Notes: generated by a model not told the origin, from the letters alone. A stretch of DNA of 64,000 nt from an uncultured Candidatus Saccharibacteria bacterium (GCA_964621395.1 CAZULS010000002.1:87306-151305); one strand, 5' to 3'; shown: positions 9,398 through 21,167, counted from the stretch's first letter. Program-made: numbers and translations.

Positions 9398-10216
9398 TTA
9401 TTCTTCTTCGTTTACCTCTGCTTCGGGGAGATGTTCTATGAGGTACTCGTCGATGTATGCATTCACACTTTCATCGGTCGCGGTATTACTTGCGATGAGA
9501 TCGAGAAGTCCTTGGACGTCGTTTGCTGTTGCGCCACCCTTCACCGCTTCAACGGTGAGAGCAAGAAGGTCGGCCGGATACGCGCCCGGGACGGTGTAGT
9601 AAGTGTCGTCTTGGAGCAGGAATATACTGTATGGAGTACCGCTTATGCCAAAGGGTTCAGCGGTTGTCTCCTGTGTCTCTACCGCAGCGGCATGGCGACC
9701 ACTCTCAAGACATGTCGTGAATGCAACGCGATCTACGCCGAACCCTTCGGCAATACCGGGAAGTGAAGCAAGATCGGTATTGCTTGAATCGATGTCTCCA
9801 AAGAGCGTATCAATGAAGTTCCAGAAGGCAGTGTTTCCTGCGAGCTCAGCAACACACTCGGTGGCTTCGGCCTTTGCGCGCGCGTCTGGGTGGAGAGCAT
9901 CAAGAGGGAAATGACGGAAGACAAGCGCCACGTCTCCCTCATATGCTTCATAGAGCATGTGGGCGGTGGCGTGGAATCGCTTACAGAACGGACAGTCAAT
10001 GTCGGAGTACTCAATGATGGTAACAGTTGCCGTTTCCGGATCACCGAGCACATGATCGGTATCGGTGATTGAAACATCGTGATATTCAGGTGAAGGAAGA
10101 TTTGCCGTTTCGCCGCCGAGGAATAGTCCGCCGCCAATGAGAAGTCCGGCGATGACGATTGCTGCGGGGGTAATCCATGGATTGAGCTGCTTTTTTGTTT
10201 CTGGTGTATCAGACAT
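9398..10216 (-). CDS. DsbA-family thioredoxin-fold protein
   Basis: N-terminal TM, EYSDIDCPFC, RHFPL, GISGTP. Confidence 0.92.
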   Translation of the reverse strand: MSDTPETKKQLNPWITPAAIVIAGLLIGGGLFLGGETANLPSPEYHDVSITDTDHVLGDPETATVTIIEYSDIDCPFCKRFHATAHMLYEAYEGDVALVFRHFPLDALHPDARAKAEATECVAELAGNTAFWNFIDTLFGDIDSSNTDLASLPGIAEGFGVDRVAFTTCLESGRHAAAVETQETTAEPFGISGTPYSIFLLQDDTYYTVPGAYPADLLALTVEAVKGGATANDVQGLLDLIASNTATDESVNAYIDEYLIEHLPEAEVNEEE

Positions 10217-10426
10217 GTGTGTGGGTGATTATGGATAAAACGAATTACAAATATAATACGAATATACGAATGGGTTTTATATTTGCTTCGGACTTACGAT
10301 TTTTGAGGTACCGTTATATTTTTTAGTGACATTTCTTAAAAGCGCATAACTTGAATACATGCATGTAATCAATAGAAGTACTATTGGGTATTCGTATATT
10401 CGCGTTATTCGCAATTCGTAATTACG

Positions 10427-11221
10427 TTACTTGATTTCGAAACGAATGGTCACATTGACATTTACTTCTTCAGAGCCGGGTTCAATTGTGGGAGCGCTTT
10501 TCCCGCCACCCATTCCAAAGCCAACAGCATCTTCTGCATAGGCATAATCAAAGCGCGGTTGGATACTGCTCTCATAGATGTCCAAAATGCGACCAACGGA
10601 GAAACCGCCCGCTTTTGCCACTGCTTCGGCCTTGGCACGCGCTTTGGCGATTGCCTCTGCTCGCGCTTCACTTTCCACCTCATCTGAATTATCGATTTCA
10701 AAAGAGAGTGATGAAACACTGTTGGCACCGGCGTCCACCACTCCTGAGAGGAGCGTGCCAATCACTTCAAAATCACGTGCCTTCACACTCACGCGTTGGT
10801 TGATGGTGTAGCCAACGATATCCGCCGGTGGGCACGGTTCAACAGACGACATACCATAATCGTATGAAGCACCGCAGTGGTAATATTGGTACCGTGGAGA
10901 AACAGTATACGAGGATGTGGTAATGTCTTCTTTTGCGACACCACCCTCTTTCAAGAATGCGATGATTGTATTCACCTTCCCGGTATTTTCTTCCTGGAGC
11001 GTGCCAAGATCGGTATCTCCCTCGGTCACAACGCCAACGGAAAATGTGGCGACATCCGGAATGCCATAGGAACTTCCTTCGCCACTGACACTAAAACTGC
11101 GATAGGAAGATGGTTCAATTGATTTGCCGTACGTTCCGGCAATCATGAGCCCGGCGATTGCAATGGCCACAAGAGCGATTGCGCCGGTTACGCCCAGGGT
11201 GTTTTTAATGGATGGATTCAT
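10427..11221 (-). CDS. SIMPL/DUF541 domain protein
   Basis: signal anchor, VSGEG..PDVA, AIAKARAKAE, IEPGSEEV. Confidence 0.9.
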   Translation of the reverse strand: MNPSIKNTLGVTGAIALVAIAIAGLMIAGTYGKSIEPSSYRSFSVSGEGSSYGIPDVATFSVGVVTEGDTDLGTLQEENTGKVNTIIAFLKEGGVAKEDITTSSYTVSPRYQYYHCGASYDYGMSSVEPCPPADIVGYTINQRVSVKARDFEVIGTLLSGVVDAGANSVSSLSFEIDNSDEVESEARAEAIAKARAKAEAVAKAGGFSVGRILDIYESSIQPRFDYAYAEDAVGFGMGGGKSAPTIEPGSEEVNVNVTIRFEIK

Positions 11222-11448
11222 AATAAAAAACGATTAACTATTAACGATAAACGAGCCTAAACGAGCACCTTCTTTGGGCGAGCCCAAAGAAGGTGCTCGT
11301 CGGCCACGGTAAAAATGAAAATAAGGCAGTAAAAACCTTCACGCATTATACCGCGCTACGGACGTTGCGCAAAGTATTGCGAAATGGGGAGATATGTGGC
11401 AGTATTGTTTCAGTTTCGTTGGCTCCATTCACTCAAAATATATGGGTT

Positions 11449-11727
11449 ATGAATAAAAAAATTACACCAGCGACATTTTCTGTTGGCGCCCTTCTCTTTG
11501 CTGTTTGTGTTCCAGCAGGTGCGTTTTTGCTGAACGTACTGCTGGACTCCCAGGGAGTTCGAGTGCAAGTTGGTGAACCGTTTGATGTCCTTTTTGCGTA
11601 TTGCCTGGGCATATTTGCTCTTTTGATTTGGTACGTAAAAGTAGGGAGCACATCGCCAGGTATAGCTTTAACAATTTTCTTGTTATTTACAGTCACCGTG
11701 ATTATCGTGAGCATATTGCCTCTATAG
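11449..11727 (+). CDS. small membrane protein, 3 TM
   Basis: hydrophobic 92-aa ORF from ATG 11449, followed by a hairpin plus T tract. Confidence 0.6.
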   Translation: MNKKITPATFSVGALLFAVCVPAGAFLLNVLLDSQGVRVQVGEPFDVLFAYCLGIFALLIWYVKVGSTSPGIALTIFLLFTVTVIIVSILPL

Positions 11728-11917
11728 CAGGATAGAGTATACACAGGAGCTAAACGCTCCTGTTTTTTTGTGCTTGTGCACGGTGCGGCGTTTTTCTTTA
11801 GAAAAACGCCGCACCATTATATTGCATATGCACAGAATATCCCTGTTCATTGTACGAAAATCGTTATATACTTATATACCAAGGACATCATCTTCGTTAA
11901 TCGTTTATCGTTTTTCC

Positions 11918-13474
11918 ATGAACATTCTCACATATATCAAATCTCATAAAGTGCTTGTCGGAATCATTCTCGTTGTCGTTATTGGCGCGGTATGGTTCTT
12001 CTTCGGCAGAGGAAGCAGTGCTATTGTGTATGAAACGGAAATTACCACGCTTCGTGATGTTATTGAAGAGGTGGATGTCACCGGTGTCATCACACCGGCG
12101 CATGATGTGTCGCTTGCATTTGAAACGGGCGGACGAGTCGCCGGCGCGAAAGTTGACGTGGGCGATACGGTATATACCGGACAAACGCTCGTGTATCTTT
12201 CCAATGCCGATTTGTATGCCGACCGAGCTGCGGCTATTGCGCGGCGTGATGCCTCAGCCGCCGACTTGGCAGAGCTTCTCTCCGGAACGCGCGAGGAGGA
12301 TTTGGCGGTATATGAAGCTAAGGTGGTCCAGGCAGAGCAGTCGCTTGAGGATGAAAAGACAGGTGTTGTCAATGCGATTCAAGACGCATTTACCCGCGCG
12401 GACAATGCGGTGCGCAACGACGTAGATCAATTATTCTCCAATCCCGACACGGTCAATCCGGCACTCAATATCCCTGTTGATTCTCCGACGCTTAAGGGGG
12501 ATGTTGAATGGCGGCGATTCCTGATCGGCGAAACGCTTGACACCTGGCAGTCTCTCCTTCTTGGAAACGAAGAGGCGATACTCGCTGCGCTTTCTGATGT
12601 GACGGATTATCTTGAAGACGTGCGCACATTCCTCCAAAAAGTGTCTCTCGCCGTGAACGAACTCCAAGCATCATCGTCCCTCACTCAGACAACCATCGAC
12701 GGATACAAGACCGACGTTGCCGCGGCGCGCACATCGGTAAACACCGCAATTGCGGGAGTGGCGAGTGCAAGAGAAGGGTATACAACAGCCGAGCAGACGC
12801 TTATTATCAGAGAGCGTGAGCGTGACGCGGCTCAAGCACCGGCAACGCCCGAGCAAATTGCAGCCGCACAGGCGGCACTCGCTGCTGCCGAAGCTGATGT
12901 GAACGGATACGATGCTCGTATCGGGAAAACGATTATTTCCGCTCCGGTATCCGGTACGGTGACGTTTCTGGAAGTAGACGCGGGCGAGATTGTCACAGCC
13001 GGCATGGAGGTTGTGCGTATTATTTCCACCGGATCCTATGAGATTGAGGCGTTTATCCCGGAAGCTGATATTACATCAGTGCGCACTGGCGATACAGCGC
13101 TCTTTACGCTTGATGCATACGACGATGATGTGGAGCTTGTTGCAACGGTTTCGATGATTGATCCAGCTGAGACGGTGATTGAAGGAGTCTCAACCTATAA
13201 GGTAATTATGCACTTTGATGACCCGGAAGATTTGGTGCGTTCGGGTATGACGGCGAATGTTACCATTTCAACAGACATGCGTGAGGGCGTGATTGCTGTC
13301 CCGAGTAGAGCTGTGGAAACGCGCGAAGGAGAAAGAACCATTCGTGTGCTCACGAGTGCCGAAGAGCCTGAAGTGCGCACGGTAACAACCGGTCTCCGCG
13401 GTTCCGACGGCTACATCGAAATCACAAGCGGTCTCTCAGAAGGCGAGGAAATTGTCGTCTTCGTACGAGAATAG
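11918..13474 (+). CDS. efflux periplasmic adaptor (MacA/HlyD family)
   Basis: N-terminal TM, long coiled coil, ISAPVSGTV, RSGMTANV. Confidence 0.9.
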   Translation: MNILTYIKSHKVLVGIILVVVIGAVWFFFGRGSSAIVYETEITTLRDVIEEVDVTGVITPAHDVSLAFETGGRVAGAKVDVGDTVYTGQTLVYLSNADLYADRAAAIARRDASAADLAELLSGTREEDLAVYEAKVVQAEQSLEDEKTGVVNAIQDAFTRADNAVRNDVDQLFSNPDTVNPALNIPVDSPTLKGDVEWRRFLIGETLDTWQSLLLGNEEAILAALSDVTDYLEDVRTFLQKVSLAVNELQASSSLTQTTIDGYKTDVAAARTSVNTAIAGVASAREGYTTAEQTLIIRERERDAAQAPATPEQIAAAQAALAAAEADVNGYDARIGKTIISAPVSGTVTFLEVDAGEIVTAGMEVVRIISTGSYEIEAFIPEADITSVRTGDTALFTLDAYDDDVELVATVSMIDPAETVIEGVSTYKVIMHFDDPEDLVRSGMTANVTISTDMREGVIAVPSRAVETREGERTIRVLTSAEEPEVRTVTTGLRGSDGYIEITSGLSEGEEIVVFVRE

Positions 13475-13721
13475 TCCACATTACGAATTGCGAATAACGC
13501 GAATATACGAATATTGCAGCTAGAAACTAAATATCTGTCATCCTGAACTTGATTCAGGATCCAGAAAAAGTGAAGATTCCGGATCAAGTCCGGAATGACA
13601 CTAAACAAGATTCTCATTTTATACGCTACGAAATATAATACGGTGTATAGAAATCGTAAGCCCGAAGCAGGCAGGTCACCCATTCGTATATTCGTATTAT
13701 AATTCGTAATTCGCATATTGT

Positions 13722-14426
13722 ATGTTATCTCTCCAAAACATCACAAAAACATATTATGGCGAAGGAGTGGAAACCCGTGTCTTGAAGGGTATTTCTTTCG
13801 ACGTGAAACGCGGCGAGTTTCTTTCCATTATGGGTCCTTCCGGATCGGGAAAATCAACATTGCTTCATACGTTGGGTTTTTTGGATCGGCCGACAAGCGG
13901 TACGTATATGTTTGACGGCAAAGAAATGGGGGAGTACACCGAAGAAGAATTGGCCCATGTGCGCAATAAGAAAATGGGATTTATTTTTCAGACATTCAAT
14001 CTTCTTCCGCGTACGTCCGTGCTCGATAATGTGAAGTTACCTCTTTTATATTCCGGCATGAAAGAATCGCTTTGGGAGGATATGGCGCGTGAGGCGGTGG
14101 ACGCCGTTGGTCTTTCGCACAGGGCGGAGTATGAACCGGCGCAACTCTCAGGAGGGGAAAGGCAGCGTGTGGCGATTGCGCGCGCTCTCGTGAACAAGCC
14201 CAATGTGATTTTCGCCGATGAGCCGACGGGAAACCTCGATTCAAAATCGGGTGGACAGGTGATGGAGCTTATCGATAAGCTACACAAGAATGGTCATACT
14301 GTGCTTCTCATTACCCACGAAACATACACTGCCGAATACGCACAGCGTATTATCCGACTCCGCGACGGCATGGTAGAAGACGATACGGCGGTAGGGAGCC
14401 GTCATAACGGATCATTTGTAAAATAG
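13722..14426 (+). CDS. ABC ATP-binding protein (MacB/LolD type)
   Basis: [33 protein letters not shown]. Confidence 0.95.
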   Translation: MLSLQNITKTYYGEGVETRVLKGISFDVKRGEFLSIMGPSGSGKSTLLHTLGFLDRPTSGTYMFDGKEMGEYTEEELAHVRNKKMGFIFQTFNLLPRTSVLDNVKLPLLYSGMKESLWEDMAREAVDAVGLSHRAEYEPAQLSGGERQRVAIARALVNKPNVIFADEPTGNLDSKSGGQVMELIDKLHKNGHTVLLITHETYTAEYAQRIIRLRDGMVEDDTAVGSRHNGSFVK

Positions 14427-14427
14427 T

Positions 14428-15672
14428 ATGATTTTCTTCCGCACACTCAAAACTGCATGGGTCGCACTCTTCATCAATAAAGCGCGATCGCTTTTGACGA
14501 TTCTCGGCATTGTGATTGGTGTCATGGCGATTATTCTGATTGTCTCTATCGGAAAGGGCGCCGAAAATCTCATTTTGGGAGAAATTCAAGGTCTCGGTGC
14601 CGACATCATCAGCGTGAATCCCGGAAAAGAGCCGACGGGACCGTCGGATTCGATGAACGCTTACCTTTCCGATTCGCTCAAGGAGCGCGAGGTCAATGCC
14701 CTGCTCAAAGAGAGTAATGTGCCGGGTGTCGTTGAAATAGCACCCGCGGTCATGGTGTCGGAGTCCGTATCGTATCGCGGAGAAACGTATCGCCCGCAGA
14801 TTTGGGGATGGTCGGCGAAAATGATGGCGGAGATGTTTGATTTGCGTTTGGCATCCGGCATGCTCTTTGGCGAGAAAGAAAATCGGCAGAAAGAGAGTGT
14901 CGTTGTTATCGGACAGAAAGTCGCCGAAGAGCTTTTTGAGGGCGCCGATCCGATCGGCAAAGCGATACGCATTAAAAATCATAGTTTTCGGGTTATCGGT
15001 CTTTTTGAGAAGACCGGACAGGTGATGTTTACCAATGTCGATGAGGTGATACTCATGCCGCCAAATACGGCGCAGACGTACATTCTCGGCATCGACCATT
15101 ACCATGAACTCATGATTCGAATGGAGAACGCCGATATGGTGGATCAGGCGGTGCTTGATATTGAACGCACGCTCCGTGATTTGCACGACATTACAGACCC
15201 GGACAAAGACGATTTTTATGTGAATACGGCAAGTGAAATGATTAATATGGTGGGCACCATCCTCGGCGTGCTCACCGCCTTTCTTGCCTCCATGGTGGCG
15301 ATTTCACTTGTGGTGGGCGGTATCGGCGTGATGAATATCATGCTCGTGTCGGTTTCGGAGCGCACGAAAGAAATCGGTTTGCGCAAGGCGGTGGGTGCCA
15401 CCGAATCTGATATCCTGCGGCAATTTTTGGTGGAAGCCATTGTGCTCACCGGTGCCGGCGGTGTGATTGGTACAATCATTGGCTTTGCACTCTCGGCTAT
15501 TGCTGCTGTCATTCTTTCGCAGTCACTTGGTGTGGACTGGGAGATGACCTTCCCGATTTCAGCAGCCGCTCTCGGCATTGGTGTTTCGGCCGCCGTCGGT
15601 CTTATCTTCGGACTATACCCCGCGCGCAAAGGGGCAAAGAAGAGCCCGATTGAGGCACTAAGGTATGAATAG
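14428..15672 (+). CDS. ABC permease (MacB/FtsX type)
   Basis: RSLLTILGIVIG, GIGVMNIMLVSVSERTKEIGLRKAVGA, PIEALRYE. Confidence 0.95.
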   Translation: MIFFRTLKTAWVALFINKARSLLTILGIVIGVMAIILIVSIGKGAENLILGEIQGLGADIISVNPGKEPTGPSDSMNAYLSDSLKEREVNALLKESNVPGVVEIAPAVMVSESVSYRGETYRPQIWGWSAKMMAEMFDLRLASGMLFGEKENRQKESVVVIGQKVAEELFEGADPIGKAIRIKNHSFRVIGLFEKTGQVMFTNVDEVILMPPNTAQTYILGIDHYHELMIRMENADMVDQAVLDIERTLRDLHDITDPDKDDFYVNTASEMINMVGTILGVLTAFLASMVAISLVVGGIGVMNIMLVSVSERTKEIGLRKAVGATESDILRQFLVEAIVLTGAGGVIGTIIGFALSAIAAVILSQSLGVDWEMTFPISAAALGIGVSAAVGLIFGLYPARKGAKKSPIEALRYE

Positions 15673-15951
15673 AAAACCGAGGTTAAACCTTGGTATACAT
15701 ACCAAGGTTTAACCTCGGTTTTCTAAATCACAAATCCCAAGCATCAAATTCCAAATAATATCAAAATTCAAAATATGCAAACCCTACTACTTTCCACTGT
15801 CGAATGTCAAAAGCGCCAAGGTTAAGCTTTGGCAGAATTGCCAAAGCTTAACCTTGGCGCTTAGATTCCCGATCGAGTCGGGAATGACAAAATAGGATAC
15901 ACACAAAAAAACAGGCGCGGACATGAAATGTCCGCGCCTGTTTTTTCCTCC

Positions 15952-15979
15952 TTGACATCATACTCAATATGTGTATTAT
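15952..15979 (+). promoter_or_regulatory. sigma70-type promoter
   Basis: TTGACA-16 nt-TATTAT upstream of orphan 16025. Confidence 0.65.
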
Positions 15980-16024
15980 GGAGGTAATCAAAGCAGTTCT
16001 TCCAATAATTTAGATTGAAGAAAA

Positions 16025-16558
16025 ATGACACAAAACTATGGTTTTCTTGGGTATAGGTATGTCCTTGGGCGTCTCGGACTCTTTGCTTGTTCGAGATTCA
16101 CTCTCTTCATGGTTTTGTTTACTTCCATTGGAGTGTTGGGTCTGGCGGCTGGTGGCTTGATCTGGATTATGTTTTTTCCGAAGGATGGATATTGGTATCT
16201 CGTAATGTTCCCTGTGGGTATAGTCCCCGCTAGTGTGTTTGGGATTATGTCAGTTATGGGAGCGAGGAAATATAGGAAATTGCTTCCAGAGTACTGGATA
16301 GACATGAGAAGAAAATATCTCAAAAAGTACCCAGAACTCGCTCAAATCCTTCATGACGGTGATTTGATTACCGATGCGGAGGTTGAGCGGCTGAAAAATC
16401 TCCGCGACAATTATATCCAGCTCAAATCACTTTTCGAGTGTAAGCTGGAAAAAGAAAAACAATTAGCGGAGCAAGCAAAAAAATTGAGGGAAGATATTGA
16501 GGAAACTAGCGCGAAACTTCGAAAGGAGGAAAAGGCGTTAAGGTTCCATAATGGGTAA
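16025..16558 (+). CDS. hypothetical membrane protein, 2 TM plus coiled coil
   Basis: 177-aa ORF with its own promoter and terminator. Confidence 0.7.
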   Translation: MTQNYGFLGYRYVLGRLGLFACSRFTLFMVLFTSIGVLGLAAGGLIWIMFFPKDGYWYLVMFPVGIVPASVFGIMSVMGARKYRKLLPEYWIDMRRKYLKKYPELAQILHDGDLITDAEVERLKNLRDNYIQLKSLFECKLEKEKQLAEQAKKLREDIEETSAKLRKEEKALRFHNG

Positions 16559-16675
16559 AACCCGGACGGCACGTTGATTCGTGCCGTTTTTTTTGTGCAC
16601 AAAAGCGGGCGGCGACCGAAGGTCGCCGCCCGCTTCCCCCCTTTATCCAGTGACCAGCTACCAGACGACTAGCGA

Positions 16676-17203
16676 CTACCTCGGCATCACCCCAAGTGCA
16701 TCATTAAAGCGATTAATGTAATTGAAGAGTCCGATGGCGCCGGTAAGTTCCACAATCTGCGCATCGTCGTAGTGTTCTTTGAGTTCGGTATATACATCTT
16801 CCGACACGTTCACCGCGTCAAGCGTGACAGCTTCGGCATAGCGGACAGCTGCTTTTTCATCAGGCTTCATTTGCGAAATGTTGGTATCGACATACTGCAT
16901 GTCTTCTTCGGACACGCCGAGTTTTTGAAGCATGCTCTCGGATACGCCGACACAGTACTCGCATTTATTGAGTTTGGAGACCTTAAACGCAATTTTCCAT
17001 TTATTGTCTTGTTCCACGAGCCCTGGACCCATGGTCGTTTTGAAAAGCTCATAAAACGCCGCGAGCATTTCCGGACGATGCGCCATTACCTGCGCCCATT
17101 CCGGCACGCCTCCCTTGGTGTCGATAAACTCTTGAAACACCGGAGCGGCCGCTCCCTGCGCTTCATCTTCTGCCACGATGTGGACTTGTGTTGTTGTTGC
17201 CAT
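16676..17203 (-). CDS. AhpD/carboxymuconolactone decarboxylase family protein
   Basis: VSKLNKCEYCV, FNYINRFNDALG; start moved to MATTTQ. Confidence 0.88.
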   Translation of the reverse strand: MATTTQVHIVAEDEAQGAAAPVFQEFIDTKGGVPEWAQVMAHRPEMLAAFYELFKTTMGPGLVEQDNKWKIAFKVSKLNKCEYCVGVSESMLQKLGVSEEDMQYVDTNISQMKPDEKAAVRYAEAVTLDAVNVSEDVYTELKEHYDDAQIVELTGAIGLFNYINRFNDALGVMPR

Positions 17204-17414
17204 ATTTGAAACGATTAAACTATAAACGATTAACGATAAACGGCCTGACGGCCTGAATAACCAAAATCCACTCCAGTATACCATAGGCATCTTATGGTCC
17301 ACACAAAGACATGTCATCCCGCATCACCAAGCACCATTTTACTAAAGTAAAAAAGTGCTCGGCAAAGAGTGCGGGATGACGGTAAAGAGTGTATGCAGAA
17401 ACATTCACTCCGCT

Positions 17415-18101
17415 TTACTTTTTCACCTTTTGTTTTTTATCACTTTCTACCTTACCGTCGGAAAGAGTGATGATACGGTCGGCTTCGGGGACGAGATCGA
17501 GTTCATGGGTGACCATGAGAATGGTTTGTCCGGCATCGTGGAGTTCGCGAAATGCATCCATTACCGCAGCAGCTGTTTCGGAATCGAGATTGGCGGTGGG
17601 TTCATCGGCAAAAAGGATAGACGGATTATTGGAAATGGCACGGGCAATCGCCACACGCTGCTGCTGGCCTCCCGAAAGCTGAGAGGGAAGATTGTGTATT
17701 CTGTCGGAGAGATCCATGCGCTTGAGAGCTTTTTCGGCCACATTACGTGCATCAGAAAATGCGCGACCCTCCATAAGAAGTGGCACAATCACATTCTCAA
17801 GTGCGGTGAGCTCAGGGAGAAGTGCATAGCTTTGGAAGACATAGCCAAGGCGCGTAAGACGAAAGGCAGTGCGCTCTTTTTCACTCATGGCTTCGGTAGA
17901 AGTGCCGTCGATTTCTATTGAGCCAGATGTAGGTGTGTCGAGGAGTCCCATGTGATACAGAAGCGTGCTCTTTCCGGCGCCGGAACGACCGGTGATGATG
18001 GTGTATTCACCGCTTGCAATATCAAGGGAGACGTCGGCGAGTGCATGAACCGGCGTTGTGCCTGAGCTGAATGTCTTGCAAATATTTTTTACACTAATCA
18101 T
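17415..18101 (-). CDS. ABC ATP-binding protein (LolD type)
   Basis: [32 protein letters not shown]. Confidence 0.95.
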   Translation of the reverse strand: MISVKNICKTFSSGTTPVHALADVSLDIASGEYTIITGRSGAGKSTLLYHMGLLDTPTSGSIEIDGTSTEAMSEKERTAFRLTRLGYVFQSYALLPELTALENVIVPLLMEGRAFSDARNVAEKALKRMDLSDRIHNLPSQLSGGQQQRVAIARAISNNPSILFADEPTANLDSETAAAVMDAFRELHDAGQTILMVTHELDLVPEADRIITLSDGKVESDKKQKVKK

Positions 18102-18357
18102 AGGTTACGAATTACGAATAACATACAAATCTACGAATGGTACGAATACTACGAATATCTCTTTTGCTGCCGTGCCCGAGCGCGACTTGTCGCGCTTTGC
18201 TGTCATCCCGCACTCTTTGCCGAGCACTTTTTTACTTTAGTAAAATGGTGCTTGGTGATGCAGGATCTAAAGGGTTATTGTAATCTGCTTAATTGCTCTG
18301 GATTCCTGGTCAAGCCAGGAATGACAGCAGGGGAGAAACCAAAGTTAAACCTTGGTC

Positions 18358-19626
18358 TCATCGTCCTAGTATAGAATCCAGCACATTCTTCCCTACAATA
18401 ATTCGCGCGGGAATGTATCCGGCAATAATGGTCACCACAATGATGATGACAATGCGGATGAGCGTTACATCAATTGGCGCCACCAAGATGCCGTCGGAGA
18501 AAGGGAAGTCGATGGGGTTGGCGTCGATGTATGGTTTTAAGGATCCAAAGAGAATTGCCGAACCAATAACCGAGCCGGCAAAAGCATAAAAGAGCGATTG
18601 GAGGATGTAAGAAATGGTAATAGCCGACGGACACACGCCAATGCCTTGGAGAATGCCGATGTATTTGCGGCGGGTCACAGCGTTGATGAAGATGACGATG
18701 AAGACGGTAATGGATGCCACAGAGATACCAATTGCACCGATGACACTGCCGAGGATGTCAAACGTGGTGCCAATATCTTTGAAGAATTGTCCCTGGGATT
18801 CTTCCCATGTTTCAATCTTCGCGCATGAGCAGATATCGGTCTTTTCAAGCTCACTCTTTATGTACACCGCATCGGTACCGGGAGTGAGCACAGCGACGAT
18901 TTCATTGGCGTCTTTTCCGGGGCGGTTGAGGAGCTGGCGGAGGATGGTGTCGTTGATGTAGACGCGTTGAGAGACAGCGGCAACTTTACTCTTCAAGACA
19001 CCGCGAATGGTAAATTCTCGCAGTGTGCCGTTGACACGCAAACGGATGGTGTCGCCCACGTCTACAAGTGAGAGGGTGTCGGAGCCGGGGATATTGCGGA
19101 CATAATTTTCCAAGAGATTGGAGCCCACAATGATGCCGTTTGCATCACCCTTTTCAAGATATTCTCCGGCAATGATGAGATCTGCGAGGTGGGTGACAGA
19201 ATCTTCACTTGCCGGATCAATACCGGCAATACCGGCGCTGACGGATTCTGTCTTGTCGGACACATTGCTCTTGTTGCGATAATTCGCTTCCACACTGCCG
19301 CCGGCAAGCATGCGCGAGGTCACGGCCACAACCTCAGGAAACGACCTCAATGTTTTCTCAATATTTGCCGTGTCTTCGATGAAGTTTTTTGATTCAATAT
19401 TGGAGAGAATGATATCGCCGGAATATTGCGCGCGATAAGCGTTGGAAGAACCTTCCACCAAGCCGCTCAAAATGCCACTCACAAAGACGAGATTGAGAAA
19501 GGTGAGTGTCATGATGAAGACGATGAGAATTGTCGTCCAGATATTGGCGCGTTTGAGCGCGCGAAATGCGAGAAAATTTCCGACCCGAAAAGCATCAGGA
19601 CACCACGTGAAAGGGTTGAATGACAT
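18358..19626 (-). CDS. ABC permease (LolC/E-FtsX family)
   Basis: TM, large extracytoplasmic domain, 3 TM; RRKYIGILQGIG. Confidence 0.88.
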   Translation of the reverse strand: MSFNPFTWCPDAFRVGNFLAFRALKRANIWTTILIVFIMTLTFLNLVFVSGILSGLVEGSSNAYRAQYSGDIILSNIESKNFIEDTANIEKTLRSFPEVVAVTSRMLAGGSVEANYRNKSNVSDKTESVSAGIAGIDPASEDSVTHLADLIIAGEYLEKGDANGIIVGSNLLENYVRNIPGSDTLSLVDVGDTIRLRVNGTLREFTIRGVLKSKVAAVSQRVYINDTILRQLLNRPGKDANEIVAVLTPGTDAVYIKSELEKTDICSCAKIETWEESQGQFFKDIGTTFDILGSVIGAIGISVASITVFIVIFINAVTRRKYIGILQGIGVCPSAITISYILQSLFYAFAGSVIGSAILFGSLKPYIDANPIDFPFSDGILVAPIDVTLIRIVIIIVVTIIAGYIPARIIVGKNVLDSILGR

Positions 19627-19883
19627 AGGGGTATTGTAGCATACAATGAGAAGTTAGAAATTAGAAAATAGAAGTTAGAAAAGGTGCGCTACGCGCGCCT
19701 ACCTTGTCATTCCGCACTTGATGCGGAATCTTGCCGCGCGAAGCCTTGGCGGAGTGGGGACGCCGCGCCTACCTTGTCATTCCGGCCTCTTTATCCCGCT
19801 CAGTTTTCTTCTTTCTTGAAAACTGAGGCGTGGGCGAGCCGGAACCCAGCTTTTTTCTTTACAACAAAAAAAGACCTACTCAC

Positions 19884-21062
19884 TCAAAGAGCTTTCGGTC
19901 TGTAGGTGTATATAAGATATACACCAATAAAGAACACAATAATGCCCACACCGACAAAACAGGTCGTAAGTGAGAACGCGTCGATGGCGAATCCATACAC
20001 ACCGAGTGCAACCATTTGCATAAAGAATGCCACACTTGATTTCACCGAGTTGACAGTTGCCCTTGAGGAACTGTCAATTTCTCGGTTGAGTATTTCTCCC
20101 ATAAGAGGTGGTATAAACCCTCGCATGAGAGCAAAGCTGGCGATGAGGCCGACACTTCCCTGTGAAGGGAGGAGACCCATAAGTACAAATGGTACGGAGA
20201 GCATCATAACTGATACGACAACACTCACATACTCACGTGTACGGCCATGCACCACATGTGAAAAAGCGCTTCCGAGCCAGCTTATGATACCGGCACAGAA
20301 GAGGACAACACCGTAGAGCGAAAGATTAAGTCCAACTTCTTCAAAGTATGGATTATAAGAGAAAAACGATATTTTCCTAACGACAGCAGCAAGTCCGGAA
20401 AAGAAAATAATCCAGAGTACTTTCTTTTTCCGTAGTGCAATGCGCGCCCCCAGCGCAATACCTCTTAGCTCAGAGGTCACAGACGTTTTCTTCTGCATCG
20501 GCGGTTCAATGAATGCAAACGCTGCTCCAATAGAAACGAGCAGAAAGGGAAGCCCTGCAATCATAGGGAGCCGGAGCGAGATTGCCGCAAGAAAACCCGT
20601 GGCAAGCGCACCGAATGTCTCAAGTGCAATCATGCCTCCATTTCCTTGTCCGAGAATTTTATGAAATTCTCTTTCTCGTCCTTCATACGCAAGTGAATCT
20701 CGTAGGAGTGCAATGTCCGCTCCTGAAATACAGGTCATGCCAATCATGACGAAAATGTTTCCAGACCACATTGCCGTTACTCCTTCCCCGAATGCAAAGA
20801 TGCTCATACCAATCAAGTCAAGAAAGACACCAATAATAATCATTCGTTTTCTTCCGATCATATCAGCAATTGCCCCTGTGGGTATTTCGACCAAGAATGT
20901 GAGGACAAGCACTATTGCTTCCATGAAGTAAATGTCGGAAAGCGACATGTGTCCTATTTCTTGTATGTACAAGATAAGTATAGGTGCCCAAAAAGGAGCG
21001 GTGCCACATGTCTTGAATATACGAAACGCACGTATATTCCGCTGGATGTGAGAGTGTTTCAT
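19884..21062 (-). CDS. MFS transporter
   Basis: about 12 TM, EIPTGAIADMIGRK motif A, RATVNSV. Confidence 0.92.
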   Translation of the reverse strand: MKHSHIQRNIRAFRIFKTCGTAPFWAPILILYIQEIGHMSLSDIYFMEAIVLVLTFLVEIPTGAIADMIGRKRMIIIGVFLDLIGMSIFAFGEGVTAMWSGNIFVMIGMTCISGADIALLRDSLAYEGREREFHKILGQGNGGMIALETFGALATGFLAAISLRLPMIAGLPFLLVSIGAAFAFIEPPMQKKTSVTSELRGIALGARIALRKKKVLWIIFFSGLAAVVRKISFFSYNPYFEEVGLNLSLYGVVLFCAGIISWLGSAFSHVVHGRTREYVSVVVSVMMLSVPFVLMGLLPSQGSVGLIASFALMRGFIPPLMGEILNREIDSSSRATVNSVKSSVAFFMQMVALGVYGFAIDAFSLTTCFVGVGIIVFFIGVYLIYTYRPKAL

Positions 21063-21103
21063 GAGAGGTGTATTTAATTGTGAAGGAGCGAAAAGAGTTA
21101 CAA

Positions 21104-21138
21104 CCAAACAAAAACTTCGGCTTTTGTCCGGCCGAAGT
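21104..21138 (-). terminator. intrinsic terminator in the MFS 5' leader (attenuator)
   Basis: minus strand ACTTCGGC-9 nt-GCCGAAGT-TTTTGTTT, about 50 nt before the MFS start. Confidence 0.75.
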
Positions 21139-21167
21139 CTTTCTAGGGGGTATACATAGGGAGAGTA